Counted from the first letter of the stretch, positions 17,345 to 26,849 are shown. The stretch is 64,000 nucleotides of DNA from Candidatus Fermentibacterota bacterium (GCA_963845085.1 CAWJQI010000005.1:576502-640501), one strand, 5' to 3'. The notes: generated from the letters alone by a model not told the origin. Program-made: numbers and translations.

Positions 17345-18590
17345 CCTTCACTGCTTCAGCAGTTCCACGATCGGGGGCGTTGTGGGCGCCGAAGCGGCCC
17401 CTTTCAACGAGTATCTTCCTGCAGGGGGAGCTGTTCCAGTCTCCCCGCTCCACAACTGTTTCGATCAGCTTCGATCCGGTGCCGATGGAATTGAACGCCT
17501 CGAAGAACCTGAGGGCCCATCTCTCGGTCTCGTTGATGATCCTGTTCCTGTACTCCTCCCCGACCGCCATGATCCTGTGGTCGAAGGGAAGGTTCAGTTT
17601 CTTGTAGTCGCCCGAATTGCCCGGCATGCCTGCCGAATCGGCATAGGCGGTCATTTCCTTCCAGAGTTCCATCGGTATGCCGCGGTCGGGTCTCTTCACC
17701 CATCTGCCGTTCTCGGTGAACGCGTTGCCGCTCTCGGCGTCGATCTCAAGGCCGAAGAGAAGGTTCTGCCAGAGAGTGCCCACATTGCCCTTGCGGATCC
17801 CGTGTGCGCTGAAACGGCCAACCTTGCCGAGGGGGGTTCCGCTTATGCCGTGCTGGGCAATGACGCAGCCATACCTGTCGATGGCTTTTGCGATCTCGCC
17901 GGTCCGCTCGAGGTTTATGCCTTCGGCCTCCCCGAGTGAGCTGTCGTACGTGCCGTGTTTGGAACCGTTGCTTATGGCAAGGAAATCGGGGAAGACCCCC
18001 CAGCTGTTCAGCCCGCCTACGAAGTACTCCGCCTCGTCGACGGTGGTGAGAACGTCACCGCCCCTGATCTCGCCGACCTCGACCTCGAGACCCACGTAGG
18101 GCGGGATGCTGAGCGCCACGTCCCTCGTGAAGGAGAGGTTCTCCCAGTCCGGGTTGTGGCTGGCATCGATCGCGACGCTTGTCCAGCCGCGCCCAACTGC
18201 GTCGGGAACCGCCCTCATGGCATGGTCCCTGTCCGCCTGCGATTTCACTGCGTAATGGTCCATGTGCAGACCGAAAACGATGCCATCGCCGAGAAGGCTG
18301 GAGATGCGCATGGCAAGCCCGGGAAGGTTTTCGTACGATACCCCGGTGTATGTGGCTTCTGACTTGGCAAGTTCAAGCATCACAACTGAATCGGCCTTAC
18401 GGGCCGCCCTGAGTATCCCGGGGATGCACAGGTGGTGCCTGATGTTGCAGGCCATGACTATCGCATCCGCCTGGTTCGCCGTCAGTGCGATGTCCCTTCC
18501 CGATGCAAGGCCGCACAGACTCCCTGGCAGAGCGTTCCTTACGTTTACTGGGCGCAGCTCAAGAAATTTCTCGTATTTGGAGGGGTTCAT
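17328..18590 (-). CDS. Class II fructose/ketose-bisphosphate aldolase family protein (long form)
   Basis: Trimmed to the ATG at 18590, which is preceded by GGAAGGAG 6 nt upstream. Blocks [22 protein letters not shown] and AISNGSKHG fit PF01116. There is a ~100-aa C-terminal extension. Confidence 0.7.
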   Translation of the reverse strand: MNPSKYEKFLELRPVNVRNALPGSLCGLASGRDIALTANQADAIVMACNIRHHLCIPGILRAARKADSVVMLELAKSEATYTGVSYENLPGLAMRISSLLGDGIVFGLHMDHYAVKSQADRDHAMRAVPDAVGRGWTSVAIDASHNPDWENLSFTRDVALSIPPYVGLEVEVGEIRGGDVLTTVDEAEYFVGGLNSWGVFPDFLAISNGSKHGTYDSSLGEAEGINLERTGEIAKAIDRYGCVIAQHGISGTPLGKVGRFSAHGIRKGNVGTLWQNLLFGLEIDAESGNAFTENGRWVKRPDRGIPMELWKEMTAYADSAGMPGNSGDYKKLNLPFDHRIMAVGEEYRNRIINETERWALRFFEAFNSIGTGSKLIETVVERGDWNSSPCRKILVERGRFGAHNAPDRGTAEAVKGDFSD

Positions 18591-18610
18591 GACGGCTCCT
18601 TCCGGGGTGC

Positions 18611-18638
18611 TTGACCTTTGGGCTGTAATGGATAAATA
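18611..18638 (+). promoter_or_regulatory. Putative sigma70-type promoter for trkH
   Basis: TTGACC (18611-18616), a 16-nt spacer, then TAAATA (18633-18638), in the divergent gap between the aldolase gene and trkH. Confidence 0.3.
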
Positions 18639-18670
18639 TGCTCCAATCTGCGACGGAAGGGAAAGCATCC

Positions 18671-20392
18671 ATGCAGAGGTTCGCAAGGTCCGTTTATGGC
18701 ACTGCCAACTGCCTGCTGGTCATTGGTTTGTTTGCCGTCTCGCACTACTTTCAGCTCCAGGGCGACAGCATCCTCCGTGCCACCAGGCTGGTGTTCCTTT
18801 TTGAAGCGCTGCTCTACGGTCTGACGCCTTTTCTTGCGAGAAAGGAAGGGCTGGTGCCGGGCAGGGACAGCAGGTGGTTCCCTGTGCTCACCGCCCTGCC
18901 GGTGTTGAGCATCATTCTGTACTTCGCAGCGAGAGCCTGGGGCTGGAACGTTCCATGGAATCCCGAGCCCTGGGTGGCAGCGTCATTTTACTGCATTCTC
19001 ATGGCGGGCAGGGTTTTTCTCAGGCTTGTGGTCAGGCTCACGGGGAAGCTGAACCCGGCACTGGTGCTCCCGACAAGCTTTTTCTTCACGATCCTGATGG
19101 GGGCGCTTCTTCTGATGCACCCGAAGGCAACTCCCGACGGCATGACGATCAGCTTCACCGACGCGTTCTTCACGAGCGCAAGCGCCACATGCGTCACCGG
19201 CCTGACCGTTCTCGACACCAACACCGACTTCACCCGTTTCGGCGAGGTGATCATCTTCCTGCTCATACAGACCGGCGGATTGGGGATCATGACCTTCGCG
19301 GCCTTCTTCGCCCTGTCCCTCGGCCAGAACCTGAGCCTGCGCGATGCCTTTTCACTGAGCCGAATGATGGACAACGACTTCGTCAGCGACCTCAGGCAGC
19401 TGATCCTGTCGATCCTTCTCTGGACCGTGGTGATCGAGGTGGCGGGTGCCTTCCTGCTCATGTCCGTATGGAAGGGGCTCAGGCCGGAATGGGGCACGGG
19501 CGAGCTCATGTGGCAGTCGCTTTTTCACAGCGTGAGCGCCTTCTGCAACGCGGGATTCAGCCTGAACTCCAACAACCTCGAGGGCTTCAGCGGTTCGCCC
19601 GCCACATCGGTGATAATCGGCTCCCTCATAGTGCTGGGGGGACTGGGGTTCAGCGTGCTGACAGCGGTTGCTCTTGGGTGGGTTCATTTCGTGCGAACGG
19701 GCCTTCGGACAAGGCTTCCGCTTCAGGCGAGGTTCGTGTGCCTCGTGACCGTAATCCTCATCGTCGTTGCATTCACGGCCTTCCTCCTGCTCGAGTGGAA
19801 CAACACCCTTAGGGGGATGAACCTGGAACAGAAGCTGGCCAATTCGTTCCTCTCGGCCGTAACCCCCCGAACCGCCGGGTTCAACACGGTGCCAACCTCA
19901 TCGCTGATGCCGCATGTCCAGTGGCTCTTCATTCTGCTGATGTTCGTGGGCGCTTCACCCGGAGGAACGGGAGGAGGGGTGAAGACAACTGCGCTTGGTC
20001 TCATGGTGCTGTCCACGAAATCATTGCTAACGGGCAGGCTCAACCCCGAGATATGGAAGCGCAGGATCCCGAACTTCGATCTACGCAGGGCCGGAGCGAT
20101 CTGTACGATCGGTTTCATAGCCTTCTCGGCCTCCGCCATGGCTCTGCTGATATCCGAACAGCGCTCGATGGACGAGTGGGAACCGCTCGACTTCGTGTTC
20201 GAGTCCATGAGCGCCTTCGGAACAGTCGGGCTCTCCACCGGCGTCACACCGGTTCTTACCACATTGGGGCGCTGGATCATTATCATTACGATGTTCATCG
20301 GGCGAACGGCGCCGGCCACTCTGGCGGCCGCCACCTTCAGGGTGGACTCTTCCAGGTACCTGTATCCTGAAGCCAGGATAACGATTGGATAG
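18671..20392 (+). CDS. trkH: TrkH/KtrB-family potassium transporter
   Basis: About 570 aa and polytopic, with repeated pore-loop motifs (TGLT, NAGFS, RTAGFNTV, GGTGGGVKT). An alternative ATG is at 18638. Confidence 0.85.
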   Translation: MQRFARSVYGTANCLLVIGLFAVSHYFQLQGDSILRATRLVFLFEALLYGLTPFLARKEGLVPGRDSRWFPVLTALPVLSIILYFAARAWGWNVPWNPEPWVAASFYCILMAGRVFLRLVVRLTGKLNPALVLPTSFFFTILMGALLLMHPKATPDGMTISFTDAFFTSASATCVTGLTVLDTNTDFTRFGEVIIFLLIQTGGLGIMTFAAFFALSLGQNLSLRDAFSLSRMMDNDFVSDLRQLILSILLWTVVIEVAGAFLLMSVWKGLRPEWGTGELMWQSLFHSVSAFCNAGFSLNSNNLEGFSGSPATSVIIGSLIVLGGLGFSVLTAVALGWVHFVRTGLRTRLPLQARFVCLVTVILIVVAFTAFLLLEWNNTLRGMNLEQKLANSFLSAVTPRTAGFNTVPTSSLMPHVQWLFILLMFVGASPGGTGGGVKTTALGLMVLSTKSLLTGRLNPEIWKRRIPNFDLRRAGAICTIGFIAFSASAMALLISEQRSMDEWEPLDFVFESMSAFGTVGLSTGVTPVLTTLGRWIIIITMFIGRTAPATLAAATFRVDSSRYLYPEARITIG

Positions 20393-20398
20393 GCAGGT

Positions 20399-21055
20399 AT
20401 GGTCAAGCCCAGCAAAATAGCCGTGATCGGTCTGGGATCCTTCGGCAGCAGCCTTGCAATGGAACTCGAGAAGCAGGGCGTCGAGGTCATAGCGATAGAC
20501 CGAAGCGAGAAGAAGATCCAGGAGATAAGCAACAAGGTCTACAACGCGGTGTGCTTTGATTGCGCCGACGAAAGTCTTCTCCGCGGGCATGGTCTGGGCT
20601 CGGTCGACCTTGCGGTGGTGGCGATCGGCGAGGATTTCGGCACCAACGTCATTGTCACAAGAATCCTGAAGGACATGGGCGTGAGGGTCATAAGCCGCGC
20701 CGGCTCGGACAGGGAGCAACGGATACTCGTGGCGGTCGGCGCCGACGAAGTCTACAGACCCGAGCACGAGCAGGGCATAAACAAGGCGAGGGCGATCACC
20801 TACACCGGCGTGAAGGAGTACGTGCCGCTGCGTTCGGGGATTGAGCTCCGGATCACCGAACCCGCCAGCGACATGCTGAACAAACGCATAAAGGAACTGG
20901 ACATTCGCAGGATCTACGGCGTGAACATCGCCTTCTTCGGCAAGAAGATCCAGAACGGCTACGATTACAGGGTTCCCGTGCCTGACGACATACTTGAAGA
21001 AGGGGACCTTCTCTGGCTCATCGGAAGCCGCGAGGACTTCGACAGGCTGGGCTAG
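20399..21055 (+). CDS. trkA: TrkA/KtrA potassium-uptake regulatory subunit (RCK N and C domains)
   Basis: 218 aa with the Rossmann motif IAVIGLGSFGSSLA and a C-terminal TrkA_C-like block (GDLLWLIGSRED). It starts 7 nt after the trkH stop. Confidence 0.85.
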   Translation: MVKPSKIAVIGLGSFGSSLAMELEKQGVEVIAIDRSEKKIQEISNKVYNAVCFDCADESLLRGHGLGSVDLAVVAIGEDFGTNVIVTRILKDMGVRVISRAGSDREQRILVAVGADEVYRPEHEQGINKARAITYTGVKEYVPLRSGIELRITEPASDMLNKRIKELDIRRIYGVNIAFFGKKIQNGYDYRVPVPDDILEEGDLLWLIGSREDFDRLG

Positions 21056-21065
21056 AAACCACCCG

Positions 21066-21992
21066 CTACGTTAGCTTGTCGAGCATCCCGATCGCGTCCA
21101 GAACAGTTTCCTTCTCGCGGTTTATGCTGGTGAAGAGCTTGAATGCCGTAGTGGGCGATGGATGCTTTTTGCACAGGCTCTTCACGAACATGGCCATTGC
21201 CTCGGGAAAGAGGCTGCTGTCAGGCAGTTGCTCCCTGAGGAAAAGCACCTCGCCGGCTTCATAGTCGAGCACGCGAAGCCATTCCTCACTTTTCTTTATT
21301 TTGGCGAGAAGCTCCGGGATGACACCCTCGCACTGCGGCCAGACCGGTCTCAGCGAGTCGAGCCAGGCGTTGACCGACCCGAGGACCAGTGTCACTTCTG
21401 CGATCCCGAGGGGAGAAAGCTCCTTCACATCGCCCTCTCTGAACTCGGCGATGCCTTCGAGCGTCTCATCGCTCTTCAGAAAATCCACTAGCTTCCTGCC
21501 CAGGAATGTCAGCCCCGATCCCCATCCCCTTGATACCTTACCCTCCTTGATGGGGATGAGAAGGGTGCCGGTCGTGTAGATCAGGGAAACAAGACCGCTC
21601 TCGCCCGATGTCCGCAGGGAGTGGAGAAGCTGCAGAACCTCTCCCTGGCCGTTCTCGAGGTCGGTGAGCACGGGCTCCTCCCGAAGGTACTTCATGAGTG
21701 CGGGCAGGCAGCCCTCCGCGAGAAAGCGGACGGTCAGGCGGAGTTCCCTCGGCTCGTGCTCCAGCCAGTTGATGAACGCAGTCGAATCAAGGCTCGGGTT
21801 CCCGTGGATGAAATAGGGACGCCCGTCCTTCAGGATCATCCTTGCAAGCACCTCGTCATCGGATGTGATCTCCCAGTAGCCGTCCCTGCGGAAATCCCGG
21901 TCGTCCATGGCGCTGTCCAGCACCTTTTTCAACCTGAGGAACTCGACGGGAATGTTCCCGAAGAGAACATCCGAGTATGGGAGGAGCTTCAT
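21066..21992 (-). CDS. Hypothetical cytoplasmic protein
   Basis: 308-aa ORF with protein-like, non-Arg-biased composition. I recognise no motif. It lies directly downstream of lepB. Confidence 0.5.
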   Translation of the reverse strand: MKLLPYSDVLFGNIPVEFLRLKKVLDSAMDDRDFRRDGYWEITSDDEVLARMILKDGRPYFIHGNPSLDSTAFINWLEHEPRELRLTVRFLAEGCLPALMKYLREEPVLTDLENGQGEVLQLLHSLRTSGESGLVSLIYTTGTLLIPIKEGKVSRGWGSGLTFLGRKLVDFLKSDETLEGIAEFREGDVKELSPLGIAEVTLVLGSVNAWLDSLRPVWPQCEGVIPELLAKIKKSEEWLRVLDYEAGEVLFLREQLPDSSLFPEAMAMFVKSLCKKHPSPTTAFKLFTSINREKETVLDAIGMLDKLT

Positions 21993-21999
21993 CGGGAGC

Positions 22000-22737
22000 T
22001 CACCTTACCAGCATGGAGATTCTGGAGAGGTCAGGGAAGCCCTTCCCGGGAATCCATGACCAGTAGATGACAAGCGCCTTGCCCTTTATGAGGTCCATGT
22101 CGAGGGGGCCCCATATCCTGCTGTCGCTTGAATGGTCCCTGTTGTCGCCCATCATGAACAGGTGCCCCTCGGGAACCACATAGGCCGGGTCACCCGCGCT
22201 GTCGAGGACGACGGTTCTTGCCAGCACGTCGAAGGCAAGATCGGGAACCCTGCCCCTGAGCATTGGAAGGCAGCCCGGCCAGTCATCATCGATGATGCTC
22301 GCACTGAACCGGTCCTGGAACATGCCCACCCAGGGGGATGGCTCGCCGTTCACGAACAGGGTGTCGCGGAGCACCTTGACCGTGTCGCCGGACAGTGCGA
22401 CCACACGCTTGACGAAATCGGTGTCGGGCCGTGCGGGATAGCGGAACACGATGACCTCACCAGTCCTGACCGTTCCGGTTCCCGGCATGAGAAGGCCGTG
22501 ACCGCCGCCGCGGAAGGCGTGCAGAAGGGGTCTTGCCCTGTCTGTCCAGGGGATGTACTGCCCCTTGGCCACCTTGAGCACCAGCAGATGGTCACCGACG
22601 AGAAGGGTTCTCTCCATGCTTGGCGTTGGGATACGGAATGCCTCGATGATGTAGGGTCTCAGGCAGCCGAAGAAGATCAGAAGTGCAAGGGCCACCTGTA
22701 GAAACCAGTTGTAAGTCTTCAGGGCTTTCTCTGTCAT
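22000..22737 (-). CDS. lepB: Signal peptidase I
   Basis: Trimmed to the ATG at 22737. It has a TM helix, the catalytic Ser block PTPSMERTLLVGD and the Lys block, plus GDNRDHSSDSRIWG. Confidence 0.85.
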   Translation of the reverse strand: MTEKALKTYNWFLQVALALLIFFGCLRPYIIEAFRIPTPSMERTLLVGDHLLVLKVAKGQYIPWTDRARPLLHAFRGGGHGLLMPGTGTVRTGEVIVFRYPARPDTDFVKRVVALSGDTVKVLRDTLFVNGEPSPWVGMFQDRFSASIIDDDWPGCLPMLRGRVPDLAFDVLARTVVLDSAGDPAYVVPEGHLFMMGDNRDHSSDSRIWGPLDMDLIKGKALVIYWSWIPGKGFPDLSRISMLVR

Positions 22738-22790
22738 GATTCCCCTTTCCGAACGCCCATAATGGGTACAGAATCGGCTTCCGTCAACGG

Positions 22791-22818
22791 TTGACACCCC
22801 CGGGGGCTGCTGTAATGT
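22791..22818 (+). promoter_or_regulatory. Putative sigma70-type promoter for radC
   Basis: TTGACA (22791-22796), a 16-nt spacer containing the palindrome CCCCCGGGGG, then TAATGT (22813-22818). Confidence 0.35.
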
Positions 22819-22945
22819 TGAGTGCGGGCGCTCCGGATGATGGGCGCATCAACTTCGGAGGGTGTCTTGCCGTGCTTCGATGAGAGAAGGATGCCGGGCT
22901 GCGGTCAGGTTTGGAATGTTCGGTTCCTCCGCCGGGCGGCCTAGC

Positions 22946-23605
22946 ATGGAAGGGCATCGGGAAAGGCTCAGAAACCGGTTTTTGAAGGCCGGAATAAGCG
23001 GCTTCACGGAAAGGGAGGCGCTTGAGCTCCTTCTGACCTACGCGTCGCCCAGAAAGGATGCACGGCAGGTCTCGGCCGATCTGCTTGAGAAGTTCGGCAG
23101 CCTGGGAAACGTTCTCCGGCAGTCGCCGGACAACCTTCAAACGGTCACGGGGATGGGGCCTTCCTCATCCGTTCTCCTGGCGCTGGTCTACTCGCTTTCC
23201 GCGATGTCGCTCGCGCCTGAGCGCGGAAAGCTTCGGATAACAGGGCCGGAAGTGGTGAAGGAATACCTGACGAGCCACCTCGGCAGGCTCAGGCGCGAGC
23301 GTTTCTGCGCCTTCCTTCTGGACCAGGACAACACTCTTCTGTCCGAGGTGGAACTTGAATTCGGAACCGTTGACCGTGCCACCGTACACCCGAGAAACCT
23401 CGTGGAAAAGGTGATAGCCCACAACGCAACAGGGGTGATCCTCGTTCACAACCATCCCGGCGGAAGGCTCGAGGCAAGCCCTCAGGACCTCTCCCTCACG
23501 AAGGCTCTCGCAGGACTGGGCGACGAGCTCGGCTTCCGCGTGCTCGATCATTTCATAGTCACCGACTCCGGGGTGATAAGCCTCAGGGAGCGCGGCCTGT
23601 TCTGA
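22946..23605 (+). CDS. radC: RadC-family JAB-domain protein
   Basis: Trimmed to the ATG at 22946 (MEGHRERLRNRF...). It has an HhH-like N-terminus and the JAMM motif HNHPGG. Its 3' end overlaps the convergent FG-GAP gene by 23 nt. Confidence 0.8.
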   Translation: MEGHRERLRNRFLKAGISGFTEREALELLLTYASPRKDARQVSADLLEKFGSLGNVLRQSPDNLQTVTGMGPSSSVLLALVYSLSAMSLAPERGKLRITGPEVVKEYLTSHLGRLRRERFCAFLLDQDNTLLSEVELEFGTVDRATVHPRNLVEKVIAHNATGVILVHNHPGGRLEASPQDLSLTKALAGLGDELGFRVLDHFIVTDSGVISLRERGLF

Positions 23606-24518
23606 ACTCCATGAAGAAGCCCGCCCGATGACCAAGGGCGTACACCTCATCCCCGCACCATGCGCATGACGGGCAGCCCGCCGGAAGGGAATGCGATCCA
23701 CCCGGGGTGTAAAGCATGGAAGCGCCGAGCATGGCAGCAACGAGAACCCGGCCGCGGGAAACCGATACCGCCTTTGGCCCCGGGACGGCCCTGTCAAGTA
23801 CGATCCGTTCCCATGCCTCACCCGATGATCCGGGGTTCAGAAACAGGCACGCACCTCCCTGGGCGCATGCTATCCCTATGGCATCGGGGTATCCGTCGTC
23901 ATCCATGTCGGTGACCGCAACCGCCTTCACCCCGTCCCCGATGACCCCGATCAGGCTTTCGATGGGACCTTCGGGCGTATTGGCAACGAGATGAAGCCCG
24001 CTGCCGCAGCACGCTACAAGAAGGTCTTCATCACCATCGAGATCGACATCGGCGGAGGCAATTCCCCTTGCTCCCGGAAGCGATGCAAGCAGGACCGCTG
24101 CCCCCTGACCGACAAGAAAGACCCCGCCGGCATCACGGGTGACTGCCGCGATGGCGACCCCGGCTTCCCCGGCCCAGCGGGTCTCGACTGCGGCGAAGGG
24201 GCCGCCCTGAAGCGGGTGCCCGATCGTGTGCCCCGGCAGTCCGACAAGAACAAGGTCCGCTCCCCTGTCGCAGATAACGGGCCGGCCATCGAACACGGCC
24301 ACTCCCTGCGGCTCCACAAGCGAATCAGGGTATTCCTCGACGCTCCAGTCGCGTCTGTCGATGATGAACGCCCCGGGAGGATCGATGCACGAGACCACCC
24401 AGGTCCGTTCGTCAACCGATGCGATCCCGGTCGGAACACCGGGAAGCCTTGCGACGCGCTCTGCTCCGGAACCCGCCACCGCGAGCAGGGCGGCGAGAGC
24501 CGCAAGCGGGCCGTTCAC
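23583..24518 (-). CDS. Secreted FG-GAP/VCBS-repeat protein (last gene of the rSAM operon)
   Basis: 311 aa with a signal peptide and Ca-binding-type loops DVDLDGDEDLLV and VTDMDDDGYPDAIG. The start forms an ATGA overlap with the upstream gene. Confidence 0.6.
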   Translation of the reverse strand: MNGPLAALAALLAVAGSGAERVARLPGVPTGIASVDERTWVVSCIDPPGAFIIDRRDWSVEEYPDSLVEPQGVAVFDGRPVICDRGADLVLVGLPGHTIGHPLQGGPFAAVETRWAGEAGVAIAAVTRDAGGVFLVGQGAAVLLASLPGARGIASADVDLDGDEDLLVACCGSGLHLVANTPEGPIESLIGVIGDGVKAVAVTDMDDDGYPDAIGIACAQGGACLFLNPGSSGEAWERIVLDRAVPGPKAVSVSRGRVLVAAMLGASMLYTPGGSHSLPAGCPSCAWCGDEVYALGHRAGFFMEFRTGRAP

Positions 24519-25267
24519 TCTCCCCGCCGTTCAAAGCTCATCACCCTTGCCAGCGAAATGGTCTTCCTGGCGGTGTTCGCAAGCCACAGCAGCGAATAGG
24601 CGCCCAGCAGAAGGGCAAGCCCGGAGACGCCCCGGACCGTGAAGAACGATGCGGCGGCAGCCACGACAGCCAGGTTCACCCACGGGTGTATCACAAGTGA
24701 AAAGAGATGCTCGATCCTGCCCGATTCCGGATTCCTCACGAAAAGTTTCCCAAGGGCTTCTTTTTCTCCGGGCGAACCATCCGACCCGGAATGGTTGGAG
24801 AAGCTTTCAAGAAGTGTTTCCACCGCACAGAACCTCGCAACAAGCCACAGGCAGCCAACAAGCGCCCCGGCTGCCAGAGCGGGCCACCCCGCCCCGGCAC
24901 GGCAGGCCCCCAGCCCCCATGACAGGTGAAACAGGCTTCTCGAGGCTGCGTCGCCAAGCTTGTCGATGTACTCCCCCCTTGCACGGGAACAGCTTCCAGT
25001 GTACCGCGCCACCTCGCCGTCGCAGGCGTCGAGCAGGAACGAGAACTGGAGGAGCAGTGCGGCCGGCAGGGGGTTGAATGCGAACAGAACGGCACCGGTG
25101 CACGCGATCACCCCCTTCAGAATGGAGACGGTGTCAGCCCCGATGCCCAAACTGATGAAGATCCTTGTGAAATGGATGCTGACCGGCCGTATCACGTACC
25201 TTCGGTAAAGGCAGGTGTCCAGCCCGCCCGGCTGGCAGACTGCCCTCAGGTCACGCGCCGGGATCAA
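24515..25267 (-). CDS. CDP-alcohol phosphatidyltransferase family membrane protein
   Basis: The signature D-x2-DG-x2-AR-x8-G-x3-D-x3-D is present as DACDGEVARYTGSCSRARGEYIDKLGD, with several TM helices. The likely start is the TTG at 25267, which overlaps the upstream stop (TTGA). The long Arg-rich 5' extension of the tracked ORF overlaps the methyltransferase gene and is discounted. Confidence 0.75.
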   Translation of the reverse strand: MIPARDLRAVCQPGGLDTCLYRRYVIRPVSIHFTRIFISLGIGADTVSILKGVIACTGAVLFAFNPLPAALLLQFSFLLDACDGEVARYTGSCSRARGEYIDKLGDAASRSLFHLSWGLGACRAGAGWPALAAGALVGCLWLVARFCAVETLLESFSNHSGSDGSPGEKEALGKLFVRNPESGRIEHLFSLVIHPWVNLAVVAAAASFFTVRGVSGLALLLGAYSLLWLANTARKTISLARVMSFERRGE

Positions 25268-26025
25268 GGAGCGTCCGCCTTCGGAAGGCTGACTGTGGTT
25301 ACCAGCACGGCGCCCGGCAGCCTGTTCAGGGGCCAGAGCAGCGCCGAGGAGAGAAGAAAGAGACCGTGAGCGATCCTGCGGAGGATTGCCCGGCGTTCGA
25401 TGAGGTAAACGATGAAGCGGAGCTGCAGAAAAAATCCCCTTCCATGTTCCGTGACCGAAGCGTCGGAACGGTGGCGCAGAACAACGTCTCTCAGCGAGGA
25501 TACCTCCCGCTTCGGACCGTACCTCCAAAGGCCCTTCCGTTCGAGGTGCTCCATTATCAGACGGTGGAGTCGGCAGGGAGCTGCACACACGATAACAACG
25601 GAACCGCCCGGAGAGGTAACCCTGAGCGCCTCGCCCACTGCATCGGAAAGCCCTTCGTCGGACAGAAGGTCGAATACTCCGGAGCTGTATACGAGTTCGA
25701 ACGTGCAGTCTGCGAAGGGCAGACTCGTAACGCCCGCAAGCGCAAGTTCTCCGGAATGCTTCCCCGCGTGCCGGAGGGCGTGCGGAGAAATGTCCACACC
25801 GACAACCCGTGCACCGCTCCGGGCGACAAGGCCCATGACCGTTCCCGTACCGCACCCAGCCTCGAGCACGCGGTTGTTCGGGGCCACCTTTCCGGAGCTC
25901 TGGAGTTCTTCGAAGATCAGCCTTTTCAGCTCGCCCCTGCGGGAGAGGAACTCGCCGGCCGCATGGAAGGGTCCTGCGGAGGGGTGGTCAAGCCACACCT
26001 GGTCCCAGGGGTTCAGCTCAGACAT
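25264..26025 (-). CDS. Class I SAM-dependent methyltransferase
   Basis: 253 aa with motif I VLEAGCGTGTV, post-I VGVDIS, and a hydrophobic C-terminal segment. Confidence 0.75.
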   Translation of the reverse strand: MSELNPWDQVWLDHPSAGPFHAAGEFLSRRGELKRLIFEELQSSGKVAPNNRVLEAGCGTGTVMGLVARSGARVVGVDISPHALRHAGKHSGELALAGVTSLPFADCTFELVYSSGVFDLLSDEGLSDAVGEALRVTSPGGSVVIVCAAPCRLHRLIMEHLERKGLWRYGPKREVSSLRDVVLRHRSDASVTEHGRGFFLQLRFIVYLIERRAILRRIAHGLFLLSSALLWPLNRLPGAVLVTTVSLPKADAP

Positions 26026-26731
26026 TGAAGCGTTTTCCGGCCCGTTCCAGGTCTTCCGGGGTGTCGACCTCGTCCCAGAGACATCCCGTCACATCGACGA
26101 CAGCCACATCCACCGACTCGGCCAGCAGTGTCACGGCATCATCAAGCGATGCGGAAGATCCTTTTGCCCGCATCGCCGCCCCGCAGCAGGCGAACAGCCG
26201 GGGCAGCACAGAACGCCGGAAGAGAAAGATGCCCATGGACTCGCCATGACAGTCGGAAGGCGGGATGTCCTTCGACAGGCGCACGAGCCTTCCACTGTCG
26301 ACCTCGGCCTTCATAGCTTCGGGATCAATTGAAGACGGGTCAACAGGGACCACGGCGGCGGCCGATGATTCGAGGGCGGCGACAACCATGGCAGGCTCCC
26401 AGAGAAGGTCACCGTGGACGACGAGGCAGTCGGATGCGGGAAAACATGACATGAATGACCCGAGAGTGCCCGGGGCAAGGCCGAACGACGACTCAACCGG
26501 GGTTCCCCCCAGCCTTTCGGCTTCACGGCGCACAGCCTCGTGCGCGCAGACGACCGACACCTTCGACGGTGGGATGCCGATGGCTGCGAAGTTATCGAAG
26601 TGCCTCTCAAGAAGGCTTCTTCCCGCCACTTTGAGGCACGCCTTCTCCGCCCCCCCCATCCTCGTCCCCCCCCCAGCCGCCAGCACCACCGGGGACGGAC
26701 TAAGGTAACTTAGTTTGTTGATGGATACCAT
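26018..26731 (-). CDS. Nucleotidyltransferase (LicC / IPCT / MobA-like NTP_transf_3 fold)
   Basis: 237 aa with the N-terminal motif VVLAAGGGTRMGG..K and the C-terminal block WDEVDTPEDLERA, typical of cytidylyltransferases that act on phospho-alcohols. Confidence 0.7.
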   Translation of the reverse strand: MVSINKLSYLSPSPVVLAAGGGTRMGGAEKACLKVAGRSLLERHFDNFAAIGIPPSKVSVVCAHEAVRREAERLGGTPVESSFGLAPGTLGSFMSCFPASDCLVVHGDLLWEPAMVVAALESSAAAVVPVDPSSIDPEAMKAEVDSGRLVRLSKDIPPSDCHGESMGIFLFRRSVLPRLFACCGAAMRAKGSSASLDDAVTLLAESVDVAVVDVTGCLWDEVDTPEDLERAGKRFNV

Positions 26732-26786
26732 TGCAGTAATTGATTTTGCATGGATGGATCACCCTCTGTTGACACTTCCCTGACCG

Positions 26787-26815
26787 ACAATAGGCGCCCT
26801 GACTGCCATAGTCAA
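26787..26815 (-). promoter_or_regulatory. Putative internal sigma70-type promoter in the only gap of the operon
   Basis: On the minus strand: TTGACT (26815-26810), a 17-nt spacer, then TATTGT (26792-26787). It sits in the AT-richer 118-nt gap upstream of the NTP-transferase gene. Confidence 0.3.
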
Positions 26816-26849
26816 CGAAACGTGAAGGCTCGCAGGGTTTAGTTTGAGA

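Noticed and set aside
25268-25855. 5' extension of ORF 24515-25855, which would make a 446-aa CDP-alcohol transferase.
   Set aside because: The extension is Arg/Cys/Gly-rich with no TM helices. It fully overlaps the well-supported methyltransferase gene in another frame. A TTG start within a TTGA overlap gives a normal ~250-aa transferase.
26732-26849. Tiny ORFs in the operon gap: a 16-aa MAVRAPIVGQGSVNRG, and a 13-aa uORF MQNQLLQWYPSTN overlapping the NTP-transferase start. These were considered as possible rSAM precursor peptides.
   Set aside because: They have no Cys/Ser/Thr-rich core, no leader-like region and no convincing ribosome-binding site. The first is just the tail of a shadow ORF. 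The evidence is insufficient to call a peptide substrate.
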